From positions 41,787 through 105,786 of IMG/VR virus record IMGVR_UViG_3300025929_000014: a stretch of 64,000 nt of DNA, one strand, 5' to 3'. The stretch's first letter is position 1; every line of letters begins with the position of its first letter. This document shows positions 18,789-28,327 of the stretch, piece by piece. The notes beneath the pieces were generated by a model. The model did no database searches. It was given only the letters and a program-made list of their open reading frames with translations, and was not told the origin of the DNA. Both the position numbers and the translations under genes were made by a program. This stretch comes from a virus.

Positions 18789-19010
18789 ATGGAGACCAAG
18801 AGCAAGATAGCGGAGATTCAGCACAACTTCACCTACCATCCCCCGAAGGAAGGACAGCAGGATACGTACAGCTTTCTACGCAAACGTGGGCTTGATTTCT
18901 CGCTGGATATTTTCGCCCTGACGCCCAGCTCGCGTGAGCAATCGCTGGCGCTGACCAAGCTCGAAGAGGCGGTGATGTGGGCGAACGCCGCCATCGCTCG
19001 GCACGGCTAA
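18789..19010 (+). CDS. Acb2/Tad1-like helical-hairpin protein (putative nucleotide-signal sponge)
   Basis: AAGGAG SD; HNFTYHPPK..SREQSLALTKLEEAVMWANAAIAR. Confidence 0.65.
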   Translation: METKSKIAEIQHNFTYHPPKEGQQDTYSFLRKRGLDFSLDIFALTPSSREQSLALTKLEEAVMWANAAIARHG

Positions 19011-19030
19011 TAGCGGGTCTCTAGCAGGTA

Positions 19031-19065
19031 AGCAAAACCCCCGTCGCGTTGACGGGGGTTTTGCT
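19031..19065. terminator. Bidirectional terminator between the convergent arms
   Basis: AGCAAAACCCCCGTC-loop-GACGGGGGTTTTGCT. Confidence 0.85.
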
Positions 19066-19090
19066 GTGGGCGAAGATACAGGCTCTTCGT

Positions 19091-20197
19091 TTACTTCAGC
19101 CACCCTTGCGCGCGTGCGTAGCGCAGACTGCCGGACAGGCTCAGGAGGCCGTGCCCGTAATGGAGCGGGTCCATGAAATGGCTCCAGCCGGCGCCCTTGA
19201 GCAATGCCTCTTTGGCCTGGTCCGGTGTGAGGCCCGCGCTGAGCAGGTCGGCGACGGCGCCCGCCACGAGCGGGGTTGCCATGCTGGTGCCCTCCCAGGT
19301 ACACAGGCCGGCGCAGTTGATCAGTGTGGGGCGCATCGGCGCGATGCCGAAAATATAGTCGCCAGGCGAGGCGATGGCCACGTCCGGCCCGTAGGTACTC
19401 CAGCTGGTGATATGGTTCCACCTATCGGTGGCGGAGACGCGAATTACGCCCGGATAGCTGCCCGGATACATCTGCGCGTTCTGGCCGTTGTTGCCGGCTG
19501 CGGCGACCACGATCACGCCAACTTTTTCCGCGTAGGCGACGGCTGCGGCCGTTGCCGGATCGCTGCTTGATCCGCCCAGCGACATGCTGATGACGGAGAA
19601 GCGATGAATGGCACCCCACATAATGGCGGCCGCCACGTCCCGATCATCGGCGCCTTCGCCGTCAAACACCTTGGCGATAGCTGCCTTTGCCTTCGGCGCC
19701 ACGCCGTAGTAGTCCGCATACTGGCCGTTGCAGACGATCTCGCACAATACGAACGACCCATGCCCAACCTTATCCACATAGGGACTGGCGTTAGGGATGG
19801 TGATGTCTTTGCTGCATGACACGTAGGGGTTATAGGTCTTACACTGTACCGGCACGCTGCCATGCAGGGGGTTCACCGCCAGGCTGGGGAGTACCTGCCC
19901 GGAGAGCACAGTAGTGGCTTCCGTGCGGTCCAGGCCGGTGTCAATGACGAGGACCGAGACACCGTGTCCATCTGCTTCAGCGCTCCAGGCATCCTGCGCA
20001 CCGATGGTGTAGAGATGCCAGTAGAGCTGCGGGAACGGCGACATGACACCGCCAGGTATAGGCGCGGTGAACGGCAGCGCCTGCCCCCAGGTCGTAGTCG
20101 TATACGCACGGCTCGATGCCATGCTGGCTGGGCTGCTGGGAGCGACCACCAGGCCGCAGAAGAGGAGTGTGCAGAGGATGGACAGGACGCGGCGCAT
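19091..20197 (-). CDS. Secreted subtilisin-like (S8) serine protease
   Basis: Signal peptide; VIDTG, GHGSFV, AAAGNNG, GTSMATP triad. Confidence 0.93.
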   Translation of the reverse strand: MRRVLSILCTLLFCGLVVAPSSPASMASSRAYTTTTWGQALPFTAPIPGGVMSPFPQLYWHLYTIGAQDAWSAEADGHGVSVLVIDTGLDRTEATTVLSGQVLPSLAVNPLHGSVPVQCKTYNPYVSCSKDITIPNASPYVDKVGHGSFVLCEIVCNGQYADYYGVAPKAKAAIAKVFDGEGADDRDVAAAIMWGAIHRFSVISMSLGGSSSDPATAAAVAYAEKVGVIVVAAAGNNGQNAQMYPGSYPGVIRVSATDRWNHITSWSTYGPDVAIASPGDYIFGIAPMRPTLINCAGLCTWEGTSMATPLVAGAVADLLSAGLTPDQAKEALLKGAGWSHFMDPLHYGHGLLSLSGSLRYARAQGWLK

Positions 20198-21024
20198 TAG
20201 TTTGCTCCAAGACTGATGACCCAGGGGTCGAAGGCGAGCTGTGGATTGGCGATGTATGTTTCCGGTAGGTAGACGTAGCCATTGTCTCCCCATGGACCCC
20301 AGGAGCCACGAACAATGAAGGCGGCAATCCCGGTCCCGCGCGCGTTGGGGGTCCAGCCTACACCGCAGAGCGCGTGCCCGCCCTCAAGCTGATCGGTGGT
20401 GGGGTCTGGCTCCGGCACTATGCCGTTGATCGCCGCCCGGTAATAGCTGGAATACAGCAAGATACCGAAGAGGGGGGTGAAGCCCTGGGCAAGGGCCTGC
20501 TTGTAGCCCTCGACGGTGCCGTCCAGCGCGTAGTAGTTCGCGATCTCGTGGTTCTTGGCGTGGTCTATGGCCGACTGTGGTGGGGTCTGGGCGTACTGCC
20601 CAGCCACGTAGGGGTAGTTGTGCCAGGCTGCCGCGCCGAACTGATGGAGCGCTGATACCGCATCGCGGATTGTGGATCCAGCATCGCTGGCGTCTGTGCC
20701 TTCCAGAGAGCGGGAGAACCAGTATTGGAGCTGGAACGATATGTCGAAGTCTTCCAGTGCCCCGTAGTGGAGACTGGGAGCCCACACCGCAGGGATGGGA
20801 AGGTTGTGCCGCTTGCGCCTGCTGCGGCGGTAGGCCGCGCCGGAGGCGAAGGAGGTACAGCTGCCCTCCTGCTCCTGGTTGTAGGCGTCCGGGAACTCAT
20901 TGCGGTAATCAATCGGGCCGGCTACCGGCTGTGCGGTGAAGTGTTCCTTGAACTGGTAGTCGCGGGGATCGGGCAGCGATTTGCGGAGCCCCAGGTAGTG
21001 TCCTTTACTGGTGACAAGTCCCAT
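20197..21024 (-). CDS. Papain-like (C1) cysteine peptidase
   Basis: PDPRDY, QEQEGSCTSFA, GGHALCGVGW, GSWGPWGDNGY. Confidence 0.9.
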   Translation of the reverse strand: MGLVTSKGHYLGLRKSLPDPRDYQFKEHFTAQPVAGPIDYRNEFPDAYNQEQEGSCTSFASGAAYRRSRRKRHNLPIPAVWAPSLHYGALEDFDISFQLQYWFSRSLEGTDASDAGSTIRDAVSALHQFGAAAWHNYPYVAGQYAQTPPQSAIDHAKNHEIANYYALDGTVEGYKQALAQGFTPLFGILLYSSYYRAAINGIVPEPDPTTDQLEGGHALCGVGWTPNARGTGIAAFIVRGSWGPWGDNGYVYLPETYIANPQLAFDPWVISLGAN

Positions 21025-21912
21025 TTAGATGACTTCCTTGTAGGCGAAGAATGACGGTTTACCTTCCAGAGCAGTGGGCGCCTCAAGCCCCCAGGTGCGC
21101 AGCCGCCCCTGGCTTACGAAATCAAATAAACTGAACCAATGCGCGACCACCACCTGTGGGTACGCCGCTAGCTCGTGGTACATGGTGGCCAGGTTGGCGG
21201 CCTGCAGCGCTGTGCCGACAACGCCACTCTCCCAGCCCATCTCGGTGATGTAGATCGGCCTATCGGTAATGCTGGCGTAGTAGCCCATGTAATCGTGGAG
21301 CGTCTGTATGTTCACCGGCTTCGCCGGGTCCAGATAGAAGTGGATGCCCACTCCATCGAGGGTAAGGGGATGCTGCATGATCTCCTCGATCCAGGTCACC
21401 TGCCGGATGTATTCGGCTGCCGAGTTGGCGTAGGTGTCCCCGCCGTAGCGGTCTGGATCCCAGGCGAAGACGCCCCCAGTAATCAGCTGGGCGTGCGGCA
21501 CCGATGCCCTGCCGGCGACGTGTACGGCGTAGTAGAGTTTCGCGTAGCTCTGCGCCGAGAGCCGAAACTTGGAGCCGAGCGATGCGGGCTCGTTTAAGAA
21601 CTCGAAAACCTGCACACCCTGCATGCTGGCGGCCAGCAGCTCAAACTGCTGCACGTAATCCTCGACATACTGGCCGAACACCACGCTGTTGGTCGGCGCC
21701 TGCCATTGTGCGGGACCAGCGCCGGGCACGATGGTGAGCGGCACCATGGCGGTGACGTTCTTTCCCCGACTCGTGAGCAGGTTGACGACGCCGGCATCAT
21801 CGACGCTCTGTAGCTCCAGCCGGATATCTTTGGTGCCCAGGGCGTTCAGTGTGCCGAGCATGGACTCGGTAATGGAGCCCGGCAGATAGAGGACGACGCC
21901 TTTGCGTCTCAT
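21025..21912 (-). CDS. Clan GH-A glycoside hydrolase
   Basis: FLNEP acid/base, GIHFY, IYITEMGW nucleophile. Confidence 0.8.
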   Translation of the reverse strand: MRRKGVVLYLPGSITESMLGTLNALGTKDIRLELQSVDDAGVVNLLTSRGKNVTAMVPLTIVPGAGPAQWQAPTNSVVFGQYVEDYVQQFELLAASMQGVQVFEFLNEPASLGSKFRLSAQSYAKLYYAVHVAGRASVPHAQLITGGVFAWDPDRYGGDTYANSAAEYIRQVTWIEEIMQHPLTLDGVGIHFYLDPAKPVNIQTLHDYMGYYASITDRPIYITEMGWESGVVGTALQAANLATMYHELAAYPQVVVAHWFSLFDFVSQGRLRTWGLEAPTALEGKPSFFAYKEVI

Positions 21913-22844
21913 GCGTCGCTCTGGGCGTAGGTGGCAATAGGCAGCCAGCCATGCACGACGGACTCGCCTTGCAAGAGATGCACTTCGCCCCAGCGATCAT
22001 CCGTCTTTTTGATGCGGCCGGTGGGCACGACCTGGGCGCCCAGCTCCAGATAGACCTTGTTATGGTGCGGGTCTATGGCGGCGTCACTGGTGTGCGCTGG
22101 GACCGCCTTGAGCATGGCCGGTGTGACCATGCGGTAGATCTTGGGGACCACCACTGGCGGCGTCGTGCCGTAGGCCATATCCATCAGTTGCTGCGTGCCG
22201 GTGTTGAAGTCCACGATGTTGCCGACGTTCTCACAGTATTGCCAGGCCACCACGAACTTGGCCCAGGCGCCCAAGAGCGAGACATCCGGCGTGAAGGTGT
22301 CTATGACCTTGCCGAACAGCGCATTCGGCTCTGATTCGCTGCTCCAGATGTAGATGGGAAAGGCCGTTGCCAGCGCTGCGGCGATATAGGCGTCGATATG
22401 CTCTTGCTTCTCGCTATTGAGATAGAGCCCTGCGTTATACTGCGCGCGGTGCATATTGGCGGCGAAACCACGAATCTCGTCGGCAGTGGGATCCATATTG
22501 GTCTCGAAGTCGATGAACCCGCAGACCCCTTTGGGGACGCCGAGCGCCACCAGGCTGTCGATAAAGACCTGCGCGTGATCCCAACCGTCCTGGAAACTGC
22601 CGGCGACATTGGCGGCCGATGTGCGGTTATAGATCGGGATATCGGCTGCGCCGCGCTGATGGTCAAAGGCTACCTCGCCCGGCGTCAGGCCATCCGAAAG
22701 TCCGGCGATGGCTTCGGTGTAGCGGGCGATGAATGCCGGAGCGGCAAAGTTTCCCCGCACGTAGTCATCGACCAGTGTCGTGGTGCCGGGCACGAACGCG
22801 TTGCTTGCAGCCGCACTATCGTAGCCCCAGTAAATAGTTGTCAT
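21909..22844 (-). CDS. DUF1906/GH25-like peptidoglycan hydrolase (endolysin) with C-terminal SH3-like domain
   Basis: WGYDS, FIARY, LGVPKG..FIDFE, AGLY, WQY, DFN; AAGGAGGAG SD. Confidence 0.8.
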   Translation of the reverse strand: MTTIYWGYDSAAASNAFVPGTTTLVDDYVRGNFAAPAFIARYTEAIAGLSDGLTPGEVAFDHQRGAADIPIYNRTSAANVAGSFQDGWDHAQVFIDSLVALGVPKGVCGFIDFETNMDPTADEIRGFAANMHRAQYNAGLYLNSEKQEHIDAYIAAALATAFPIYIWSSESEPNALFGKVIDTFTPDVSLLGAWAKFVVAWQYCENVGNIVDFNTGTQQLMDMAYGTTPPVVVPKIYRMVTPAMLKAVPAHTSDAAIDPHHNKVYLELGAQVVPTGRIKKTDDRWGEVHLLQGESVVHGWLPIATYAQSDA

Positions 22845-23004
22845 ACTCCTCCTTGAAATGCTCTGTGCGGCAGCGTTCGGCGCGAGCGAGGCGCCACTGG
22901 TAATAGGAATCGCCTCTACAGTAGGCGTGCCACCAATCCGTATATTTTTCGCGCCCACGATGCAGAAATCGTTGTCGTCGGCGCCAGTCGCGTGTGCGGG
23001 TCAT
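22816..23004 (-). CDS. Small basic hypothetical protein
   Basis: GAGGA SD; MTRTRDWRRRQR. Confidence 0.45.
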   Translation of the reverse strand: MTRTRDWRRRQRFLHRGREKYTDWWHAYCRGDSYYQWRLARAERCRTEHFKEEYDNYLLGLR

Positions 23005-23196
23005 CGAGTCCTCTAGGGCAGTAGCGAGTGCCCTAGAAGTGATCGAATGCTTTCTTCAACGCAGGAGAAACCAGAGTGTCATGCCGACTACGAGGTGACC
23101 ATGGCGATCAACAGTGCCAGCTCTGCTGCGCGATTGGTGGTACGCGCCCAGAGAATGGCGGCCGTTAGCAGTGCCGCCCAGAGCCTGGCGCGCATC

Positions 23197-23637
23197 TTAC
23201 TTGGCGCCCGGACGCGAGAGCGGCGTACCGATGCCGCCCAGACGGGCGACCAGCAGTACCACGCTGCCGAGCAACATGGGCGCGGCGCCGATGATCTTTT
23301 CGGCCTGGGCATTGCCGGCCAGGTAGGCGACCAGGATGATCAGCGCGCCCAGGATGGCGCCCGCCACGATGGTGATGGCTATGGCTTTCTGGGTCTGCGG
23401 ATCCTCCTCGACGTGGGTAATCACCTTGCTGCCTGCGGCAGCGATGGCTGCCTCGAAGACCGGACGCTGGGCATTGAAATCGGCCTGCAGGCGGGCAACA
23501 TCGCCGGAAAAGGTAGCGGCGACGTTCTGGGCTTCCTGGCGGGCGATGGGCGCCACCAGGTTCTGCAGGGCGTTGGCGGCCTCATTGGCGGCCGAAGGCG
23601 GCGTGAGCACGGTGAGGGAGTCAGGAGTCATGGACAT
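23197..23637 (-). CDS. Holin-like two-TM membrane protein
   Basis: Two C-terminal hydrophobic helices; upstream of endolysin; AAGGA SD. Confidence 0.55.
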   Translation of the reverse strand: MSMTPDSLTVLTPPSAANEAANALQNLVAPIARQEAQNVAATFSGDVARLQADFNAQRPVFEAAIAAAGSKVITHVEEDPQTQKAIAITIVAGAILGALIILVAYLAGNAQAEKIIGAAPMLLGSVVLLVARLGGIGTPLSRPGAK

Positions 23638-23650
23638 GGGGCCTTTTCCT

Positions 23651-23743
23651 TTAGCGGCGGGCGAAATGGGCGAAGATATAGACGAGGCAGCAGACGATGG
23701 CGAGCAGGATGAGGATATCGAGGGGCGTGATGGATGCTGGCAT
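23651..23743 (-). CDS. 30-aa single-TM peptide
   Basis: AAAGGA SD; MPASITPLDILILLAIVCCLVYIFAHFARR fills the intergenic gap. Confidence 0.55.
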   Translation of the reverse strand: MPASITPLDILILLAIVCCLVYIFAHFARR

Positions 23744-23751
23744 GTGGTCCT

Positions 23752-24231
23752 TTAGGCGGCCGCGATGGTGAGCGCCGGCAGCGCGGAGAGGGGGAGCAGG
23801 TGCTCCTTGGGGACGAAATAGGCGGGGGTGCGGCCGGCGTAGCTCTGCAGCCAGGTCTCTTGCTTGGCGTCCCGGCCCAGCAGGAACCCATGGACGCGAA
23901 AGTTGGGCATCGTGCCGGTAACAAGGAGGAAACATTCGTCGTCGGCGTCGCCCTTGCGCACGATCAGATCCCAATCGTGGCGGGTGCGGGTGCGGATCTG
24001 GAGCTGGCCCACGTCCGGGCGCTTGAAGGTGTCCACGCTGCCGTCCCAGAAGACGTTCAGCGCTTTGGCAGTGGCCATCTCGCCGGCAGCCCCCTCGATA
24101 TGTTCGTTCCAGCCGGGTCCATTGAGGCCAAAGGCCATGCGCAGGCCCTTATTGATGGCGCTCAGTTGGCGGCCGATACCTACTTGTGCGGCGAGCATGC
24201 ACTCATAGGGCGCCAGGGTCACCTCGATCAT
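23752..24231 (-). CDS. Hypothetical protein, possible PD-(D/E)xK nuclease-like fold
   Basis: GAAGEMATAKAL..PDVG.LQIRT pattern; ATGA overlap. Confidence 0.5.
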   Translation of the reverse strand: MIEVTLAPYECMLAAQVGIGRQLSAINKGLRMAFGLNGPGWNEHIEGAAGEMATAKALNVFWDGSVDTFKRPDVGQLQIRTRTRHDWDLIVRKGDADDECFLLVTGTMPNFRVHGFLLGRDAKQETWLQSYAGRTPAYFVPKEHLLPLSALPALTIAAA

Positions 24232-24770
24232 CGTGTCTTCCCTTCACCACGTAGTCGATGGGCGGCGCTTTTACTCGCGGCCCAGAGGAAATAGATGGCT
24301 ATCCCTGCTATCATGACGGCAAGAATGCCGATCCTGATGGCATCGGGGATGCCGGAGACGCTCTGTAGGAGCGAGCCCATGGCGGTGAGCAGGATCAGTC
24401 CGAGCCACTGGGCGGCTTGTTTACGCGCCTGGCGCGCGTCCTGGAGATGTTGCTTGACTTCCTGTACGCGCTCCTCCTCGCGCGCGGCTATTTGCGCGAG
24501 GGTCGGGCCGAAGGTGCGAATGGGCACCAGGGCATCGACGGTATCCTTGATGGCATCGACGGTGGCGGAGATCTTATCCTGCGCGACGCCGAAGTTGGCC
24601 TGCGCGGTGGCGATACTGTCCAGGCGCCCATCCAGGCCATGCACTTCGGCTTTGAGCGCCTCGTGTCCCAGCTCCAGGGATTTGATGCGTGCCAGCGCGT
24701 CCGCCAGGTTGCGTACCAGCTCCGAGACCATTTGCCAGAGGGTGGTTTCGGCGCCGTTCGGAGTTGTCAT
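24228..24770 (-). CDS. Coiled-coil membrane protein (holin/XhlA-like)
   Basis: Heptad N-terminus, two C-terminal TM helices; first gene of lysis region. Confidence 0.6.
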   Translation of the reverse strand: MTTPNGAETTLWQMVSELVRNLADALARIKSLELGHEALKAEVHGLDGRLDSIATAQANFGVAQDKISATVDAIKDTVDALVPIRTFGPTLAQIAAREEERVQEVKQHLQDARQARKQAAQWLGLILLTAMGSLLQSVSGIPDAIRIGILAVMIAGIAIYFLWAASKSAAHRLRGEGKTR

Positions 24771-24853
24771 GTGGATGAAACAGCCTTAAATGGATATAAC
24801 GAGACTCCGTATACATGTTATGGTAACATATCTCGCCATGGATGGAAAGTAGA

Positions 24854-25255
24854 TTAGCCCAGCGGTCCCCCCACGTTGGTGGTCACCGTCGCATGTTCGC
24901 TGGTGTAGTTGGCGCCGGCCGACGTGACGCAATGGATGTAGTACCAGTAGGTGGTGCCGGCCTTGAATTGGAGGGCGGTGTCGCCGGAGACCCCACCGGT
25001 GAGCGTGAAGACGCCTTCGGCCGTATTGGTGCCATTGCCGGCTGGGCTGCCGGCGTTGGTGATCTGTCCGGCCGTCGTCGGGGTCGTGGTGATCGACTTA
25101 CTGAAGAAGGGCGCCGCATCCCCCTCATTGAACTTGAAGCCCAGCGAGACGGAGACAACGGTCTGGCCAGCCGGCAGATTGGTGATGGTATGATCGACGG
25201 CGTAGTCATCGCCGATGTAGAACGAGGCCAGGTCGGCATTAAAACTCACGCTCAT
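24854..25255 (-). CDS. Virion-associated beta-sandwich protein (BppU-N-like)
   Basis: FYIGDD..GQIT..FTLT..DTA..GTTYWYYI; Thr/Gly rich. Confidence 0.55.
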   Translation of the reverse strand: MSVSFNADLASFYIGDDYAVDHTITNLPAGQTVVSVSLGFKFNEGDAAPFFSKSITTTPTTAGQITNAGSPAGNGTNTAEGVFTLTGGVSGDTALQFKAGTTYWYYIHCVTSAGANYTSEHATVTTNVGGPLG

Positions 25256-26733
25256 GGGAATGGATCCTTTCGTACAATGGCGCCCGAACCGGTCGCAGCG
25301 CTGCTGACGGCGCCCGATCCGCGCGCACTCCTGCTCAGGGCGCCGGACCCGGAGGCACTGTTGCCGACGGCGCCCGCACCCTTGGTAATCACGAGGATGC
25401 CGCCGCCATCTTTATCGACGACGACGGCGATGCTGCCGCCATGGGCTAGTGTGGTGAGTTCGCTGGCGACGAGTTGGTCTGCTCCCAGCGCTTGCAGCAG
25501 ACGCAGCTGCGTTTCGAGCGCCTGCGGCAGGTCTCCTGCTACCGGCTCCAGCGTGAAGATCACGCTTTCCTGCGCTCGGACCAGATCGGCGGCTACCGTG
25601 ACGCTGGTGACAATATCCAGGTAGGTTACTGTGTCTGTGGGGAGTGGTTGATCGCTCGTCGTTGCGGCGAGCAGCGCGCCGAATGTGTCGCCGGCTGGCA
25701 GCGCATCTGCAGCGCTGTTGGCGAGCGCTGTCGCGAACGCGTCGGCCGGAAGGAGAATATCGTTGCCTGCACGCTGCAGGAGTTGACTGGCGGTATCTAG
25801 GGGAGGCGATGCGTCCGCGCTGGCGCTGGCCCCCTGGAAGCCGGCGCTGTCGCTCGCTCCCAGTTGATCGTCGCTGAGGGGCGTCAGCAGCTGCGTCGCG
25901 CTCGTGCGGAGCGCGGGGAGATCGCTGGAGGCCGCACTGAGGAGACCAGCTCCGCTCTCACTGGGTAGCGCCAGGTCGAGCAGCTGCGCTACCTGCAGCG
26001 CGAGCTGTTGATCAAGCGGCGCTGGCGCATCCTGGGCGGTGCCGAACTGGGTCCAGCTCGCGCTCTCCTGGGCCGTTATCTGGTCGAGGCCGACGATAAA
26101 GGTAGTGAGGCTGCTGGTGTTGCTATCCTGTGCCTGCACCTGGTCGAGGCCCACCAGCAGGACGATCAGGTTAATGTTGCCCGTATCCTGGGACGGAACT
26201 GTATCGACTGTCTGCGCCAGCAGTGTAAAGAGCGCGACCTCCTGCGCCGACGGTAGTTCATTGGTGGTGAAGGTGAGGGCGGGCGCGCTGAGATCGCTCG
26301 TGCTGGTGCTATCCTGCGCCGTGCCGGCCAGTACCAGTGTCCGCACATCGCCCGGCGTTGGGGCGTCCTGCATGCTGCCGGAGAGCAGCGCCTGGAGGGT
26401 ATCGGCGGCCGCTCCCGTATCCTGCGTGGTGCCGGCGAGCAGCGCTGTCGCGCTGTCGAGCGGTGCCGGCGTATCCGCGCTGCTCGGCGACAGGACGGCG
26501 CTGCGCGTATCGAGCGCTGCGGGCGCATCTCCGGCACTGCTCAGGACGAGCGGCGCCTGGCTATCGGTCGCGCCCGGAGCGTCGGCTGCGGAGTCTGCCA
26601 GTAGCGCACTGCGCGTATCCTGCGCGGCCGGTGCATCGGCGCCGATGAGCAGCACGATGAGATTGCCGCCAAGCAGCGCGATAGACGGCACATGCCAGGT
26701 ACTTTGCTGGAGCGGGCGCGTGATATAGGGCAA
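25252..26733 (-). CDS. Repeat-containing structural protein
   Basis: Many ~17-aa D-x4/5-D repeats; start codon uncertain. Confidence 0.7.
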   Translation of the reverse strand: MPYITRPLQQSTWHVPSIALLGGNLIVLLIGADAPAAQDTRSALLADSAADAPGATDSQAPLVLSSAGDAPAALDTRSAVLSPSSADTPAPLDSATALLAGTTQDTGAAADTLQALLSGSMQDAPTPGDVRTLVLAGTAQDSTSTSDLSAPALTFTTNELPSAQEVALFTLLAQTVDTVPSQDTGNINLIVLLVGLDQVQAQDSNTSSLTTFIVGLDQITAQESASWTQFGTAQDAPAPLDQQLALQVAQLLDLALPSESGAGLLSAASSDLPALRTSATQLLTPLSDDQLGASDSAGFQGASASADASPPLDTASQLLQRAGNDILLPADAFATALANSAADALPAGDTFGALLAATTSDQPLPTDTVTYLDIVTSVTVAADLVRAQESVIFTLEPVAGDLPQALETQLRLLQALGADQLVASELTTLAHGGSIAVVVDKDGGGILVITKGAGAVGNSASGSGALSRSARGSGAVSSAATGSGAIVRKDPFP

Positions 26734-26750
26734 CGGGCGGCGCCTCGCAG

Positions 26751-27035
26751 CTAGGAGTGGTTTTTGGGCAGTGTGCCGATGGTCACCGTGCCGACATAGG
26801 TGGCGCCGGGTGAGGTGCCGTCCCGGCTATAGAGCCGCTCCGGGCGCTGGCGCATAATCGCTTGCCCATCCGGGTACAGCGCAATATGGCCGCCTGGATG
26901 ATAGTAGACGGGATAGATGCCATCGGCGATGTCGTGCCCATCATGTAGCAGATGGACCACGCCCAGATCGTCGGTCACCGTTGTGAAGCCGGCATGCGGA
27001 TGTGGATCGCTCGCTGGGTGATACTCGATGATCAT
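26751..27035 (-). CDS. Hypothetical protein
   Basis: TAA-ATG abutting upstream gene; GGAG SD. Confidence 0.6.
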   Translation of the reverse strand: MIIEYHPASDPHPHAGFTTVTDDLGVVHLLHDGHDIADGIYPVYYHPGGHIALYPDGQAIMRQRPERLYSRDGTSPGATYVGTVTIGTLPKNHS

Positions 27036-27503
27036 TTAATGCTCCAGGATGGCGATGTTGATATTGAAGGCTACGGACGCGGGCGGGGCGACCACGAACT
27101 TCACGAAGAGAAAGTGGCCGCTGGCCACCTTGAGGCGTTCCAGTTCCTGGGGGATCCAGAGGTACGGCGTCCCCAGGGAATTGAGGCCGGTGCGGCGCCG
27201 CACGGTCGCGCCGGTGCCATCGGTACTGGTGCCGGAGGAATAGGCTTTGCCGGTGGTATTCGCCGTGTTGTTGGTCATGTCTTCGGCGTCTTTAAGCGTG
27301 ATGGTTGAAGTGGTCCAGACGGTGGCGGCCGCCGTCGAGTACCCAATGGTGGCCGCCCAGACGCCGGAGGTGGTGGTGGTCTCCTGGCTGATTTCCAGGG
27401 AAATCACATCGAAGGCGTGGCCGGCGACGGCTGCCAACTCGGCCGCGACATTGACGGCCGCGCCAGGAGTGAAATTGGCGGAGAAGGTTTGCACTGAGGA
27501 CAT
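27036..27503 (-). CDS. Virion structural protein
   Basis: Thr/Ala-rich beta composition; tail-fibre region. Confidence 0.65.
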   Translation of the reverse strand: MSSVQTFSANFTPGAAVNVAAELAAVAGHAFDVISLEISQETTTTSGVWAATIGYSTAAATVWTTSTITLKDAEDMTNNTANTTGKAYSSGTSTDGTGATVRRRTGLNSLGTPYLWIPQELERLKVASGHFLFVKFVVAPPASVAFNINIAILEH

Positions 27504-27512
27504 GGGGTCATC

Positions 27513-28325
27513 CTAGTTGGCGTAGGTGCCGGTATTGAGCATTAGATTTTGAGCGGCATCGGCGAGCGGGTAGGCCATCTGGAAGAAGCGCCGGAGGGGT
27601 GGCTGCTGGATGAGGGCATAGGGTTCCCCGACCAGGGTGGTGACTTCGCCAAGTGAGAGCGCTCGCTGCCAGGCATAGGCGACGCTATAGACGCCGGCTA
27701 CATTCTTGGCGCTCGTTGCATTATTACCGATATGGATCTCACCCGTCGCGGCGCCGGAGAGCGTGGCACTCACGGTAATCTCCGTACGGCCGTTGAGGTA
27801 CAGCGTGCCAACCCCCGCGTTATACACCACGGCTATGTTGTAGGCGGTGCCCGCCACGATAGTAGTGGTGCCTGAGCCGGTGGTATTGCTGGCGCCGATG
27901 CCGATGGATAATGTCAATACTGGACCGCTGGAATTAGTTAGCACCTGAAGAGATGTTATAGATGATGCTGGCCCAGCTGCGAAAAGCCCGGCGACATTGA
28001 CATTGAAGCCGCTATCCAGCAGCGCATGGAACATGAAAGAATAGGGGCCACTTGTAGTAAATGGCACTGACGTGGCTTTGAGCAGATTCGTGCTACCGCC
28101 AGTGATATGTGCGCCGCCGCCGATAGTGGAGCCTCCCCAGGTAGTAGAGCCACTCACACTCGCATCGTTCTTATAGCCGGAGATGTCACTGGCCCGCACC
28201 CCAGAGCCATCGTCCAGGATGCTGGCCCAGACCAGGGCGCGACTGAATGGGGAATCCCGGTCTATCTGCGATCCCCTGGGGGGCTTGTTGTAGCCCCAAT
28301 GGGCGCCGGGTAGGAGCAAAGCCAT
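27513..28325 (-). CDS. LamG/concanavalin-A-like domain protein
   Basis: YNIAVVY..LYLNGR..IHIGN..YAWQRALSLGEV. Confidence 0.8.
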   Translation of the reverse strand: MALLLPGAHWGYNKPPRGSQIDRDSPFSRALVWASILDDGSGVRASDISGYKNDASVSGSTTWGGSTIGGGAHITGGSTNLLKATSVPFTTSGPYSFMFHALLDSGFNVNVAGLFAAGPASSITSLQVLTNSSGPVLTLSIGIGASNTTGSGTTTIVAGTAYNIAVVYNAGVGTLYLNGRTEITVSATLSGAATGEIHIGNNATSAKNVAGVYSVAYAWQRALSLGEVTTLVGEPYALIQQPPLRRFFQMAYPLADAAQNLMLNTGTYAN

Positions 28326-28327
28326 GG

